DNA of 38,249 bases. Origin: an uncultured Opitutia bacterium. GTDB lineage: Bacteria; Verrucomicrobiota; Verrucomicrobiia; Opitutales; UBA953. Made by a program: the position numbers and the translations under genes. Positions 1 through 9,726 of the stretch are shown here, one piece after another. A model generated the notes under the pieces. The model worked only from the letters and a program-made list of their open reading frames with translations, was not told the origin of the DNA and searched no databases. The DNA lies in the NCBI GenBank assembly GCA_903957465.1, contig CAJBPJ010000215.1, positions 1 through 38,249 of the forward strand, written 5' to 3'. How positions within the stretch are numbered: position 1 is the first letter of the stretch; each line of letters starts with the position of its first letter.

Positions 1-1
1 C

Positions 2-838
2 ACACAAGACCCAGCGTATCGTAACGTCATCCTCCACGCCGTTTTGTTCGAACCCATGACACCCATTTTAACGTCAGACGGAATTGAGCCCGAGTCCCTG
101 CACTTACTTCCGCTCCTACCTGAGGATCTTGAAAGTATCGCTGAGTCCGACGCCTTAATGGAGCTGCGCGGAAATGCACCGCAGCTAACCGAACTCATTC
201 GAGCAGGAAACCCACATCTCCAGAGAGATTTACGCCGCAGAGCCTCCGAACGCTTTGACGCTAAATCGCAATGGCTGACTCAACGACGTGCAAAGCTCGG
301 TTGGCATGATAGTCTACACTGTGCGGTGCTTGAATGTCTCGGTCAGGGCGGAAACCGCGCCCCCATGGCAGAACTTGCTTTGCGTCACAGCGCAGAATCT
401 TTCGCAATGTCAGACGCAGCAGAACTTTACCTCGAGCAATCTGGGCGCTGGCGATTGCGCGGGCTTCGTCCTGCAGGCCACCCCCAACGCCGTATCGAAC
501 TTTATGGGAATTTATGCCGACACAGACCGCAGTGGCGGGAGCATGTCATACGATGGCTGACAAGTATCTCTCAAAAAGATGTAACCCGTCGCGGGCTGAT
601 TGATGGTATCTTTGGGGCCATGCTCCCCGAAGGACTCGCTGACATGGTGGCAACCGACGCGATTCTCCCGTTGTCAGAAGACGTCCAAGCAGCCCTCGAA
701 ACATGGCTCGAATGGCCAGCTGGCTTACGACCCGATGAATTAGAAGCCGTACGCCAGCGTCTCGGCTTCGAAGGCCGTGCACGTAATTGGCAAATCCAAG
801 GTATCCTCCACACCCTTGGTAGAGGTGGCAAAGGTTAG
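2..838 (+). CDS. Hypothetical protein, 5'-truncated at window edge; possibly DUF2851-like
   Basis: The frame of ORF 44..838 stays open back to nt 2 (..TQDPAYRNVILHAVLFEPM..), so the gene probably starts left of the window. The motif LRPAGHPQRRIEL resembles the RPxNxPxxRL segment I recall from DUF2851 proteins; this is from memory only. The stop TAG at 836-838 overlaps the sufS stop on the other strand. Confidence 0.5.
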   Translation, partial: TQDPAYRNVILHAVLFEPMTPILTSDGIEPESLHLLPLLPEDLESIAESDALMELRGNAPQLTELIRAGNPHLQRDLRRRASERFDAKSQWLTQRRAKLGWHDSLHCAVLECLGQGGNRAPMAELALRHSAESFAMSDAAELYLEQSGRWRLRGLRPAGHPQRRIELYGNLCRHRPQWREHVIRWLTSISQKDVTRRGLIDGIFGAMLPEGLADMVATDAILPLSEDVQAALETWLEWPAGLRPDELEAVRQRLGFEGRARNWQIQGILHTLGRGGKG

Positions 839-2058
839 CGCGATGTCATCGCACGCACCTTCACGAGCGATGTCGCCAAACGATCCACTTCTTCTTCCGT
901 GTTATAAAAGGCAAAGGAAGCACGCACTGTACCAGGAATTCCGAGAACTTTCATCAAAGGCATGCAGCAATGGTGACCCACGCGAACCGCAACTGCATCG
1001 GCATCGAGCAACATGCCAACGTCGTGGTGGTGCGCGCCATCGATTAAGAAAGAGATGACCGACACCTTCTCACTGGCTTCACCCACAATGCGAAGTCCGG
1101 GAATAGCCCGAAGCTTTTCCGTCGCACGGGCCAGCAAGTGCTGTTCGTAGGTATGTGCATCGGGACGAAGTTTAGCGACATAGTCGAGCGCAACGGCCAG
1201 GGCAATGGCACCTGAGATGTGCGGCGTGCCCGCCTCGAAGCGCTCCGGCGCAGGACGATAGGTCGTGCCCGCAAAATCAACCTTCTGGATCATGTCGCCG
1301 CCGGTTTGATATGGAGGCATTTGATCAAGTAACTCAGGTCGACCCCAAAGCACACCGATACCGGTCGGACCACAGACTTTATGGCCTGAGAAACAAAGGA
1401 AGTCGCAACCGAGCGCCGTCACATCGACGTCAAAGTGGCTCGCTGACTGACATGCATCAATCAAGACCGTAGCACCGACCGCTTTCGCTAAGCGCGTCAT
1501 TTCCACAACTGGATTCACCGTGCCCAATGCGTTCGACACATGGACAAAAGAGGCCATGCGCGTCCGCGGTGAAAGTAGTTTAACAAACGCAGCCATATCG
1601 ACTTCGCCCGATGCGGTAATGGGACACACTACCACGCGAGCACCCGCACGCTCTGCCGCAACCTGCCAGGGCACAATGTTAGCGTGATGCTCCATGGCTG
1701 TGAGCAGAATTTCGTCGTTCGGCTTTAAGTGCGCACGCCCCCAGCTATCCGCAACCAAGTTGATTGCTTCAGTGGCACCACGTACAAAAATCACCCCGCG
1801 CGCGTCCGGTGCATGTAAGAAACTTGCGACCGACTTGCGTGAAGATTCGTAAGCAGCAGTGGCCTCTTCGCTCAGACGGTAAACACCACGGTGAATATTT
1901 GCATGCTGCTCCCGATAATAATGTGCAATCGTATCAATGACGCACTGAGGTTTCTGGGAACTCGCCGCACTGTCTAGATAGGCCAAAACATGACCCCGCT
2001 CTTTCCGCGCTAATAAGGGAAAGTCTTGGCGAATACGGGCGACATCAAAGGCTGCCAT
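835..2058 (-). CDS. sufS: Cysteine desulfurase, SufS/CsdA-type class V aminotransferase
   Basis: 407 aa. Motifs seen: HHANIVPWQ, the PLP-lysine motif SGHKVCGPTGIGVLWG, and the C-terminal RVGHHCCMPL active-site Cys loop. ATG at 2058. Confidence 0.85.
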   Translation of the reverse strand: MAAFDVARIRQDFPLLARKERGHVLAYLDSAASSQKPQCVIDTIAHYYREQHANIHRGVYRLSEEATAAYESSRKSVASFLHAPDARGVIFVRGATEAINLVADSWGRAHLKPNDEILLTAMEHHANIVPWQVAAERAGARVVVCPITASGEVDMAAFVKLLSPRTRMASFVHVSNALGTVNPVVEMTRLAKAVGATVLIDACQSASHFDVDVTALGCDFLCFSGHKVCGPTGIGVLWGRPELLDQMPPYQTGGDMIQKVDFAGTTYRPAPERFEAGTPHISGAIALAVALDYVAKLRPDAHTYEQHLLARATEKLRAIPGLRIVGEASEKVSVISFLIDGAHHHDVGMLLDADAVAVRVGHHCCMPLMKVLGIPGTVRASFAFYNTEEEVDRLATSLVKVRAMTSR

Positions 2059-2103
2059 ACGGAAAGTAACGTAGAAGAACTAAGCCGAGGAGCAACCGGG
2101 GAA

Positions 2104-3243
2104 TCAACTTGGTTGAATTCGGATACCTTTACGCAAGTAAGTAGGCACGTCCACATCCTCACCATTAAACAGAGTTGGCTCGGTGCCACCAAAGAGGCCG
2201 CGGCGGAGATTTTGTTCTAAGGCAAAGACAAACATTTGCTGAGAAGCATCGATGGATGCCTTGGATGGTCGCTTACCTTTTACGGCTTTAACTTTACCTG
2301 GAGGCGCTGGCGGCGATGCACCCAGCACAGAAACACGGGCCTTACCCTCGAGGGCGCCATCCATACGTGCACCCAAAAGTGTCACACGGTCACCGCCAAG
2401 TTCAGCCCGCAAGAGAGCGACGGCAGCCTGACAGTCTCCCGTAGTCAGCGAGGGCCCGCCGATGACTTGCACCAATAAATGATCCATACGTACAGCTTCT
2501 GGCCCATGAGGTAAAAGTGGGGATGCCAATGCTGCCCGTGCTGCTGTAACTACGGCCGTGGCGCCTTCACCTTCAGCCGTTGAAAAAATTGTTAGGCAAC
2601 CGAGCGAAGGAAAGAGCGCCCGTAACGCTCCTGGATCGAGGGGCATCAATGCACCAGGGGCAAAGAAACCAGAGAGGGATTCTAAAGCAGAGCCCATCCA
2701 TCGACGTGTTTCTGCAAACATCTCTGTTGCGGGCGCCTCCGGCTTTACCAACTGCAAAAGATCATCATTACGCAAAACCACCACACCGTGAGCCTTTAAA
2801 TTAATCGCGACGAGAGCATCACGGGCTGAACTTTGCCGATGCTCGCCTTCATGCGTAAAAGGCAATGTCACTAATCCAAAGACAACGGCACCTGCTTCAG
2901 CAGCTAAAGAAGCGAGTACACCCGTCGCACCACCACTGACACCTCCACCGAGTCCGGTGACAAATACGACTACGGCTGGCCCAACCAACCAGCGGCGTAA
3001 CTCTGCCAAATCAGCTTCGGCAGCAGAAGCACCCATCTTCGCTTCCCCACCTGCACCCAAACCGCGCAAGACCGCCCGTCCGATTTGAACTTGATCGGCC
3101 ACACCACAACTCGCCAATGAAGAGGCGTCAGCATCCACTGCTAAAGTTCGAATGCCTGGTGGCATCGTGTTGCTTAATTGTCCAACAAGCGCGCAACCGG
3201 CACCGCCTACACCCACGAGTAGAATAGGTTGTTCGGCAGACAT
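2104..3243 (-). CDS. ftsZ: Cell division protein FtsZ (divergent GTP-binding motifs)
   Basis: Last gene of the dcw cluster. FtsZ-like blocks: ILLVGVGGAGCALV, RGLGAGGEAKMG, VVFVTGLGGGVSGGATGV, LPFTHEGEHR, VVVLRNDDLL, plus a C-terminal FtsA-binding-type peptide DVDVPTYLRKGIRI. I place the start at ATG 3243 (MSAEQPILLVG..), 1 nt after the ftsA stop. The ORF-track extension to 3312 overlaps ftsA. Confidence 0.8.
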   Translation of the reverse strand: MSAEQPILLVGVGGAGCALVGQLSNTMPPGIRTLAVDADASSLASCGVADQVQIGRAVLRGLGAGGEAKMGASAAEADLAELRRWLVGPAVVVFVTGLGGGVSGGATGVLASLAAEAGAVVFGLVTLPFTHEGEHRQSSARDALVAINLKAHGVVVLRNDDLLQLVKPEAPATEMFAETRRWMGSALESLSGFFAPGALMPLDPGALRALFPSLGCLTIFSTAEGEGATAVVTAARAALASPLLPHGPEAVRMDHLLVQVIGGPSLTTGDCQAAVALLRAELGGDRVTLLGARMDGALEGKARVSVLGASPPAPPGKVKAVKGKRPSKASIDASQQMFVFALEQNLRRGLFGGTEPTLFNGEDVDVPTYLRKGIRIQPS

Positions 3244-3244
3244 T

Positions 3245-4480
3245 TTAGAGACGGAAAAGCGCGCGGAATTGAGCCCAAATACCACGTGGCTGACGACGGG
3301 GTGGAGCTTCATTCACCAAGGCAGCAGCCATAATACCAAGGACGCATGCATACTCAGGCTTCCGCAAGGCTTCTGCCTCAGTAACCGGCACACCGAGACG
3401 CGCAGGCATACTTAAAACTTGGGTGGTTGCTTCTGCGAGGCCCGCCAACTGCGAAGCACCACCCGTTAGAATGACACCAGATGGCAATAAAGCGGGGGTC
3501 ACTTCGACATCGCGTCCGAAAATTGCACGCATCCGCGTCTGAATGTCTTGCTGAACTTGTTCGAGGATTTCACGAATCCGCACAGACGTAACGAGATTGA
3601 TGGTACCGCGGTTAAATTGCTGATCACCCCCAACAGCACCTTCTTTTAAGATCGTCAGGTTAGCGTCTTCCGGACGGTGGATCGCACTGGCGTAACGCAA
3701 CTTCACTTCTTCCGCAAACTCACGACGAACGCGTAAGGCAGAACAGAGATCATTGGTCACGTGCTCACCGCCAACCGAGATGCACCCCGCACACAAAATA
3801 TGCTCACGGTAATAAAGGATCCAATTCGTCGTGCCGGCACCAAAATCAATCACCAAGCAGCCCGTACGTTTCTCAGCGTCGCTCACAACCGAACAACCTG
3901 AAGCGTGACTGCCCAACAAGAAGTCCCGAAGGTGTAAAGCCATTCCATTAATCATACCAACGCGCTGTCGGAGAGTGCTGTCCTCATGCGTCACTCGCCA
4001 GAAATTCACCTCTAGCCGCTCGCCCACCATGCCGACAGGGTTCGCAACCTGTTTGCCATCCAACAATGTTGGCTGACGCATATAAAGAAGGGTATAGCGG
4101 CCAGGTGGCGGCTCAATCCGTCGGGCTGAAACATTCGCGGCCTCAACATCAGCGGCAGTGACACGTCGATCGCGACCAGGCACAGGCATCATACCCTTTA
4201 CCCGCTCACCATCAACCATCGGCCCATTCACAGAGGCATAGAGGTCATGCAAGGGAACGCCCGAACTACGTTCAGCATCGGCAATCACATGGTGTACGCA
4301 CTCAGTTAAGCGCTCAAGATCTTGCACGACCCCTTTAACAACACCTTCAGTTCGGCGCTCTCCGAATCCAAGGAGACGAACACGCCGGTCAACAATTTGG
4401 CCAACCAAGACGACAGTCTTATGTGTGCCAATATCAAGAGCGGCAATGCGCCCAGGGGCGGTAGAAGTCTTAGCTTTCAT
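3245..4480 (-). CDS. ftsA: Cell division protein FtsA
   Basis: 411 aa actin-fold protein. Motifs: IAALDIGTHKTVVLVG, VIDFGAGTTNW, ILTGGASQLAGL. C-terminal amphipathic tail GIWAQFRALFRL. ATGA overlap with the ftsQ stop. Confidence 0.9.
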   Translation of the reverse strand: MKAKTSTAPGRIAALDIGTHKTVVLVGQIVDRRVRLLGFGERRTEGVVKGVVQDLERLTECVHHVIADAERSSGVPLHDLYASVNGPMVDGERVKGMMPVPGRDRRVTAADVEAANVSARRIEPPPGRYTLLYMRQPTLLDGKQVANPVGMVGERLEVNFWRVTHEDSTLRQRVGMINGMALHLRDFLLGSHASGCSVVSDAEKRTGCLVIDFGAGTTNWILYYREHILCAGCISVGGEHVTNDLCSALRVRREFAEEVKLRYASAIHRPEDANLTILKEGAVGGDQQFNRGTINLVTSVRIREILEQVQQDIQTRMRAIFGRDVEVTPALLPSGVILTGGASQLAGLAEATTQVLSMPARLGVPVTEAEALRKPEYACVLGIMAAALVNEAPPRRQPRGIWAQFRALFRL

Positions 4481-5454
4481 CGGGAAGAAGTGGGTACAAG
4501 GCGGGGTTCAATCGTAGCCGATCCAGGTTGTGAGCGGTTACGAATGTGAAGTTTCAAAACGTATGAAGGCGCGTTCATACCCGGGCGGCGAAGAACCTTA
4601 TCGATATCCAGCCCTGCATAAAGTGACAACTCTCTAGCCCACTCGGCATTCGAAAACACAATCTCTGTTAAGGCCGCACGATCAAGAGGCTGTGAGGCCG
4701 GACGAATACGCACCCGTAAAGAAGCCCCCGAGATATCCGCGCGACCATCAAAACAATCCCGTAAAGAAATAGATTCCCACTCTCGGTGTATCCGTGGATA
4801 GCCTGTACGCGCTGCCGCAAGAAATACCGCCGCAAGCTCGAGCGCACCCGATTTAACGCCTTCACGGTGTACGTCCGGCGGTAAATCAATCACTGCGGGA
4901 AGATTACGAACGGCTTGTTGCGGATAACCAACACCGACGAAGGGAACTCCATCGGAACCTAAAAGACGTAACTGAGGTTTGCCATCTGCTTGCATGACTT
5001 CCAATCGGCCGACGGCCAATCGCTCGTGGAGATCAATGTCGATCGTACCATTACCCAAGCGACGTACTTTAGCTGAAAGCACCTGTGGCTCGGCTTCAAG
5101 TGCTTGCCGAATGGTGGCGACGTCTTGGGCGCCTTCTGCACCTACGGGCGAGACCGCACGTCGAGCGACGCTGTCGGGCAAGAAACCATCCGTGCGGAAA
5201 CGAATCGCAACCGTGTTTGCTGGTCCGCTTTCGCTATCTAAAGCAAACCAGACCAAGGCAATAAGAAGGATGAAGAATGCCCCGACGAAGGTTCCAGAAA
5301 TCCAAGAGCGTGCAACCCGTCGACGTCCTGTCGCTGTTTGTGGTACGCGTTGTACATCTTGCGGCACAAAACGACGCCAGTCACGGTCATCCGGGCCACG
5401 GTAAGCCTCGCGATGGTCAAATCCAAATAACCTTCGAAGAAAAGCGGTGAACAT
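4477..5454 (-). CDS. ftsQ: Cell division protein FtsQ (POTRA-type, bitopic)
   Basis: Lies between ddl and ftsA. Single TM segment (GTFVGAFFILLIALVWFAL) followed by a periplasmic POTRA-like region. Start set at ATG 5454 (MFTAFLRRL..), which shares one nt with the ddl stop (TAATG). The ORF-track start at 5532 overlaps ddl by 79 nt. Confidence 0.7.
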   Translation of the reverse strand: MFTAFLRRLFGFDHREAYRGPDDRDWRRFVPQDVQRVPQTATGRRRVARSWISGTFVGAFFILLIALVWFALDSESGPANTVAIRFRTDGFLPDSVARRAVSPVGAEGAQDVATIRQALEAEPQVLSAKVRRLGNGTIDIDLHERLAVGRLEVMQADGKPQLRLLGSDGVPFVGVGYPQQAVRNLPAVIDLPPDVHREGVKSGALELAAVFLAAARTGYPRIHREWESISLRDCFDGRADISGASLRVRIRPASQPLDRAALTEIVFSNAEWARELSLYAGLDIDKVLRRPGMNAPSYVLKLHIRNRSQPGSATIEPRLVPTSSR

Positions 5455-6365
5455 TAGGAGGCAGGATTGACCCGTTTTATGGCACCACGGGACATCCGTG
5501 AAGCTAGTTCGGCGTAAGAGATTCCACAACACGCAGCACAGTCGGGAAGCAGACTTGTTTCCGTCATACCGGGTAATGTGTTAATCTCCAAAATATGGAA
5601 GGTGCCTGTTGGCGAGAGAATGATGTCGACCCGTGCAAAATCCCGACATCCACAAACATGGAAAGCTTCTTCGGCCGCTTTTAAAATCTTGGCGGTTATT
5701 TCAGGCGAAAGAATCGCTGGGGCAATGTGCTGTGATCCACCAGGGGCATACTTGCTGTGATAATCATACACGCCACTGGGAGATACAATCTCGACAACCG
5801 CTAAGGCTTTACCATCAAGCAAGCCCACCGTTAACTCGCGCCCCGAAAGATTCGGCTCCGCCATCCAGCGACCCGAACCTAAAGAGCTCAACACATGCTG
5901 AACTTGCGCCTGCCCTTCCGCACGGTGCAAACCAACGCTACTCCCTTGATCAACAGGTTTAACAAAAATGATTGGTCCAAGACGGCCTAACAAAACTTCG
6001 ACCGTTGGCGGCGAAGCGCCATCAAATGAAATTTCATCGGCAACAGGCAAACCTACTGCACGCAACTTTGCCTTTGTCGCCACCTTATCCATACACAGTC
6101 GGCTAGAAGCAGCACCCGAGCCTGCAAAGGAAATGCCGCGAGCTTCCAACTCAGCCTGCAACTGACCGCCTTCACCCCAGCCACCATGCAGCATTGGTAA
6201 AACGACGTGTTGTTTAGCATCTAACCATTCTGGTAAAGCGTCTGACTCTAAAGTCACCAAGCGTGAGCCGGGTAAAGCCTGGGCGACCGCTGCGCCCGAA
6301 CGGAGCGATACCTCGCGCTCGGATGAACGGCCGCCACACAGAATGATAAGTTCGCGCTGACTCAT
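5454..6365 (-). CDS. ddl: D-alanine--D-alanine ligase
   Basis: ATP-grasp Ddl features: LIILCGGRSSEREVSLRSG, HGGWGEGGQLQ, KPVDQGSSVG, EINTLPGMT. Start chosen at ATG 6365 (MSQRELII..), forming an ATGA overlap with the murC::murB stop. Confidence 0.9.
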   Translation of the reverse strand: MSQRELIILCGGRSSEREVSLRSGAAVAQALPGSRLVTLESDALPEWLDAKQHVVLPMLHGGWGEGGQLQAELEARGISFAGSGAASSRLCMDKVATKAKLRAVGLPVADEISFDGASPPTVEVLLGRLGPIIFVKPVDQGSSVGLHRAEGQAQVQHVLSSLGSGRWMAEPNLSGRELTVGLLDGKALAVVEIVSPSGVYDYHSKYAPGGSQHIAPAILSPEITAKILKAAEEAFHVCGCRDFARVDIILSPTGTFHILEINTLPGMTETSLLPDCAACCGISYAELASRMSRGAIKRVNPAS

Positions 6366-8656
6366 AACAAATCCCTCCATTCTTTCCCAAGTGCGATAAT
6401 TTCAGGTTCAAGTTCAATCCCGCGCTCAGCCTTAACCACCCCACGTACGCGACGCAGAAGTAAAAGGATATCTGCGGCGGTGGCTTCGCCTGTATTTACA
6501 ATAAAGTTGGCATGGATGGGGGAAACTTTGGCACCACCTTGGATGTCGCCCTTAAGTCCACTCATCTCAATAAGACGGCCAGCCTTATCAGCTGGTGGAT
6601 TACGGAAGACGCAACCCGCACTCGCTTCACGTGGTTGCGTGGCACGCCGTTGCGCAGACATTTTTTCCATCTTAGCACGGATGTTACTTGGATCATCCCG
6701 ACCCTCTGCAATGAGAACGGCAGAAAGTACCACCGCCCCGTGGAGTTGCGGGCAATCGCGATAGGTGGCATCGAGTGCCGAACGCTTTGCCGTACGCACA
6801 TGCCCGTCGAGCCCGAGCCATTCAATCGATTCAACTCGGTCAAAAATCCAGCTACCCATTGCCCCGGCATTCATACGCAAAGAACCACCAATCGTTCCAG
6901 GGATACCTTCGAGAAACTCGAGCCCGGCCAGTCCTTCGCGTGCAGCGAATCCACAAAGCTCTTTCAGGCGCACGCCTCCTCCCACGTGTAGCCGTAAATC
7001 GTCGACTTTACGCACCACCCCCCAGTGCTCTGTCGAAAGATGGATAACTAATCCGGCATAGCCATCATCGGGTACAAGAAGGTTTGAGCCGCGACCAATC
7101 GTAAAGACGGGCAAGTCGCATTCTGCAGCCGCACGGAGTAATGCCACACAGTCTTCAACGGTTGCTGGCTCTGCATACCATTCTGCAACTCCACCGACAC
7201 CCCAGGTCACACGCCGTGCCAACGGTTCATGACGGCGAAGTACAGCCAGAGGGGAAAGGAAAGGCGTTACTCGATTTGCAAAGTCTGCAGGGGCATGCGG
7301 TGCAACCGGAGCCCGCCAGCAATCGCGTGCAAAGGACGTTGCGTCTTTTTCGATGTCACCTGCGCCAACAAAAGCTACCACCGCGTCACTGTCTTTGATC
7401 AGCGCCTGCAGCACACGAGGCAGTTCAGCTCGATTTTGCACGAGTTGGAATTTATCAACCCCTGCGCCTAAAAGAATACTTTCCGAACTGCCGCCTTCTA
7501 TAGGAGCTTCTCCGGCTGCATAAACGGGTAGGACTATTACCGTGTCGGCAACAGATAGTGCCTCCCGGAATGCCGCTGCATATTGGCGTGTCCGCGTATG
7601 ACGGTGGGGTTGGAAAACAACAATCAGTTTTCCCAAATGCGTTTCGCGTAAGAGACCGAGTAATGCAGCGATTTCCGTTGGGTGATGCGCATAATCAGCC
7701 AATACGCGTAAGCCTGGCCGCTCGAAAAGTGTGTCTTGTCGCCGACGGATGCCTGTCCATGCACCTAAAGGCGCTGCACCGAGTTGCCCTGCAACGTGCT
7801 GCGCCACTGCGAGGGCGAAGCCTGCATTCATACGGTTAAACGATCCAGCAACCGGTAATGTTAATTTTCCTTTAGCCCAAAGTCCGCCAACTTCGACATC
7901 CGAACTTCCGTGCGTAGCGGCAACAACGCGTAAATCAAAGTCGCCACCCTCGCCCACCGTCAGCACACGAGCGGTCACGCCCTGTGTTAGGCGATGCAAC
8001 CGGGCATTTCCATGCGGGATAAGGATAAGACTACGCGTGCGTTGGAAAAGCTCGGCAAAGACGCGCTCAAGATCTGCTTCAGTTCGGTAGTAATCAGGAT
8101 GATCCCAATCGAGATTAACCGCTACGGTTACTTCAGGAGAAAATCCACCAATCGTTCCATCGCTCTCGTCGACTTCAGCAACAAGCCAGTCGGAACTGGT
8201 TGTCGCACGAGCGGGCGCTAACGACGGATCACGGAAAAGACCCCCAAGCACATAACCAAAGTCGGCACCAGCGGCGGTTAAGGCGGTGATGACCATTCCA
8301 CAGGTCGTGGTTTTTCCATGGCTACCACAAATCGCTACCAAACGGCGCCCACTTGCCTGTTCAGCTAAAAGTTCACCGCGACGTAGAATGCGACAGTTGG
8401 CCTTCACGGCTTGTTCGCGTAATGGATGACCGGTCTTGATGGCGCTGGTATGCGCGACGAGTTGCGGCGTCCAATTCCCTGTTTCTAAACTCGCCTGCAA
8501 AGGAATACCCGCGGTCGCCAGTTGTGCAGCCATCGGACCACCCATGGCATCATCGCAACCGCGTACATCCCAACCCTCACTCTTGAGGTAGATCGCTAAG
8601 GGCCCAACGCCCATTCCGCCAGCACCCAACATCCAAGCTGAGCGAGACGAACTCAT
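6362..8656 (-). CDS. murC/murB: Bifunctional MurC (UDP-N-acetylmuramate--L-alanine ligase) / MurB (UDP-N-acetylenolpyruvoylglucosamine reductase) fusion
   Basis: Single uninterrupted 764-aa ORF. The N-terminal ~450 aa are Mur-ligase-like (GAGGMGVGPLA, GSHGKTTTCGM, ..VGAGDI). The C-terminal ~285 aa are MurB-like (FTIGRGSNLLVPD, GGSLRMNAGAMG, SAGCVFRNP). The linker lies around 7200-7350. Confidence 0.85.
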   Translation of the reverse strand: MSSSRSAWMLGAGGMGVGPLAIYLKSEGWDVRGCDDAMGGPMAAQLATAGIPLQASLETGNWTPQLVAHTSAIKTGHPLREQAVKANCRILRRGELLAEQASGRRLVAICGSHGKTTTCGMVITALTAAGADFGYVLGGLFRDPSLAPARATTSSDWLVAEVDESDGTIGGFSPEVTVAVNLDWDHPDYYRTEADLERVFAELFQRTRSLILIPHGNARLHRLTQGVTARVLTVGEGGDFDLRVVAATHGSSDVEVGGLWAKGKLTLPVAGSFNRMNAGFALAVAQHVAGQLGAAPLGAWTGIRRRQDTLFERPGLRVLADYAHHPTEIAALLGLLRETHLGKLIVVFQPHRHTRTRQYAAAFREALSVADTVIVLPVYAAGEAPIEGGSSESILLGAGVDKFQLVQNRAELPRVLQALIKDSDAVVAFVGAGDIEKDATSFARDCWRAPVAPHAPADFANRVTPFLSPLAVLRRHEPLARRVTWGVGGVAEWYAEPATVEDCVALLRAAAECDLPVFTIGRGSNLLVPDDGYAGLVIHLSTEHWGVVRKVDDLRLHVGGGVRLKELCGFAAREGLAGLEFLEGIPGTIGGSLRMNAGAMGSWIFDRVESIEWLGLDGHVRTAKRSALDATYRDCPQLHGAVVLSAVLIAEGRDDPSNIRAKMEKMSAQRRATQPREASAGCVFRNPPADKAGRLIEMSGLKGDIQGGAKVSPIHANFIVNTGEATAADILLLLRRVRGVVKAERGIELEPEIIALGKEWRDLL

Positions 8657-9726
8657 AATGAAGCCTCCCGGCGGACGCCCAAGACAATATCATCAACCAA
8701 ATCATCCCATCGATTGAGCAGGTGCTCGCGCACCAAGGCTTCACGCATCTGCGTGAGTAATTGCGGCTGCGCTATGAGACGTTCAATCGCTGGCAACAAA
8801 CCAGCGAGTTCACTCTCAGGACAAAGCAGCGAAGCACCGACGACTTCACGGGCGCGGGCATTCGCCGTTTGGTGATCATCTGCAGCACGCGGATAAGGAA
8901 CAAGGATTGCGGGCGTGCGACAAGCAGCCAGCTCGGCAAGTGTACCTGCGCCAGCACGACTTACAGCTATATCCGCTGCGGAATATGCAGCCGCCATCCG
9001 ATCGCAGAAAGGCACATAGCGAATCACTACTTCGCCATGCTGCTCACTGCGCTCGCTTCCGTTCGGCCCGGTTAGACAAAGTACATGACACCCTAACTTT
9101 GCTAAAGCAGGTGCGGATACCTCGACCCAACGCGTAAGTGCGTTCGCACCCTGGCTACCTCCAACCACGAGTATAAGTTTACCGGAAGTTGGAAAATGAA
9201 GTTCGCCGCGCGCTTGATCAATCGACAGCGGCTGAATCTCTGCACGGAGAGGAAATCCACCCGACCGTAAATACTTACTGCGTAAACCTGTGGCGGGTGG
9301 CGCATGCACGCTCGTAGCCAATGGCGCTAACCAGCGAATGGCTTTTCCGGCACGCATGTTTGCTTCGTGCAAGTGAACAGGAACGCGCGCCAGCCAACAT
9401 GCAACCGCTGGACCCACGGACATAAATCCACCGAAACAAGCTAGCGCATTGGGCCTAAAGCTCAAAACAACCCACAGTGCATCCAGCAATGCCCACACCA
9501 TTGAGGGCAGAAATAAAATACGGTCGAGTAAACTTGGGCCAAATCCACGTCCACGACCGGCTCGGAACTGAAGGTGCGGGTAGCGCGCAAGCATGCGCGA
9601 ATCGACAGTCTTTCGACTCACCAAAAGTAATGTCTCCACGCCACGTGCATGAAGTTTTTCGGCCAACGCAATACCCGGGGCGAGATGACCACCCGTACCA
9701 CCACATGCCAAAAGGACTCTACTCAT
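8653..9726 (-). CDS. murG: MurG, undecaprenyl-PP-MurNAc-pentapeptide GlcNAc transferase
   Basis: N-terminal LLACGGTGGHLAPGIALAE. GT28 C-terminal block SRAGAGTLAEL..PAILVPYP..DDHQTANA. ATGA overlaps at both ends. Confidence 0.9.
   Translation of the reverse strand: MSRVLLACGGTGGHLAPGIALAEKLHARGVETLLLVSRKTVDSRMLARYPHLQFRAGRGRGFGPSLLDRILFLPSMVWALLDALWVVLSFRPNALACFGGFMSVGPAVACWLARVPVHLHEANMRAGKAIRWLAPLATSVHAPPATGLRSKYLRSGGFPLRAEIQPLSIDQARGELHFPTSGKLILVVGGSQGANALTRWVEVSAPALAKLGCHVLCLTGPNGSERSEQHGEVVIRYVPFCDRMAAAYSAADIAVSRAGAGTLAELAACRTPAILVPYPRAADDHQTANARAREVVGASLLCPESELAGLLPAIERLIAQPQLLTQMREALVREHLLNRWDDLVDDIVLGVRREASL

Noticed and set aside
835-2058. sufS directly after ftsZ as a possible functional extension of the dcw operon
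   Set aside because: A 45-nt gap follows ftsZ, there are no other suf genes, and there is no known link to division. This is most simply an unrelated housekeeping gene sharing the strand.
3244-3312. N-terminal extensions in the ORF track (ftsZ to 3312, ftsQ to 5532, ddl to 6380, murF to 15544, rsmH to 20228, holB to 28148, uvrC from 35446, aroC-coupled ORF from 22494)
   Set aside because: Each extension overlaps the upstream gene by tens of nt. An in-frame start sits exactly at the overlap or 1-nt-gap position used throughout the operon. The extensions lack conserved sequence.
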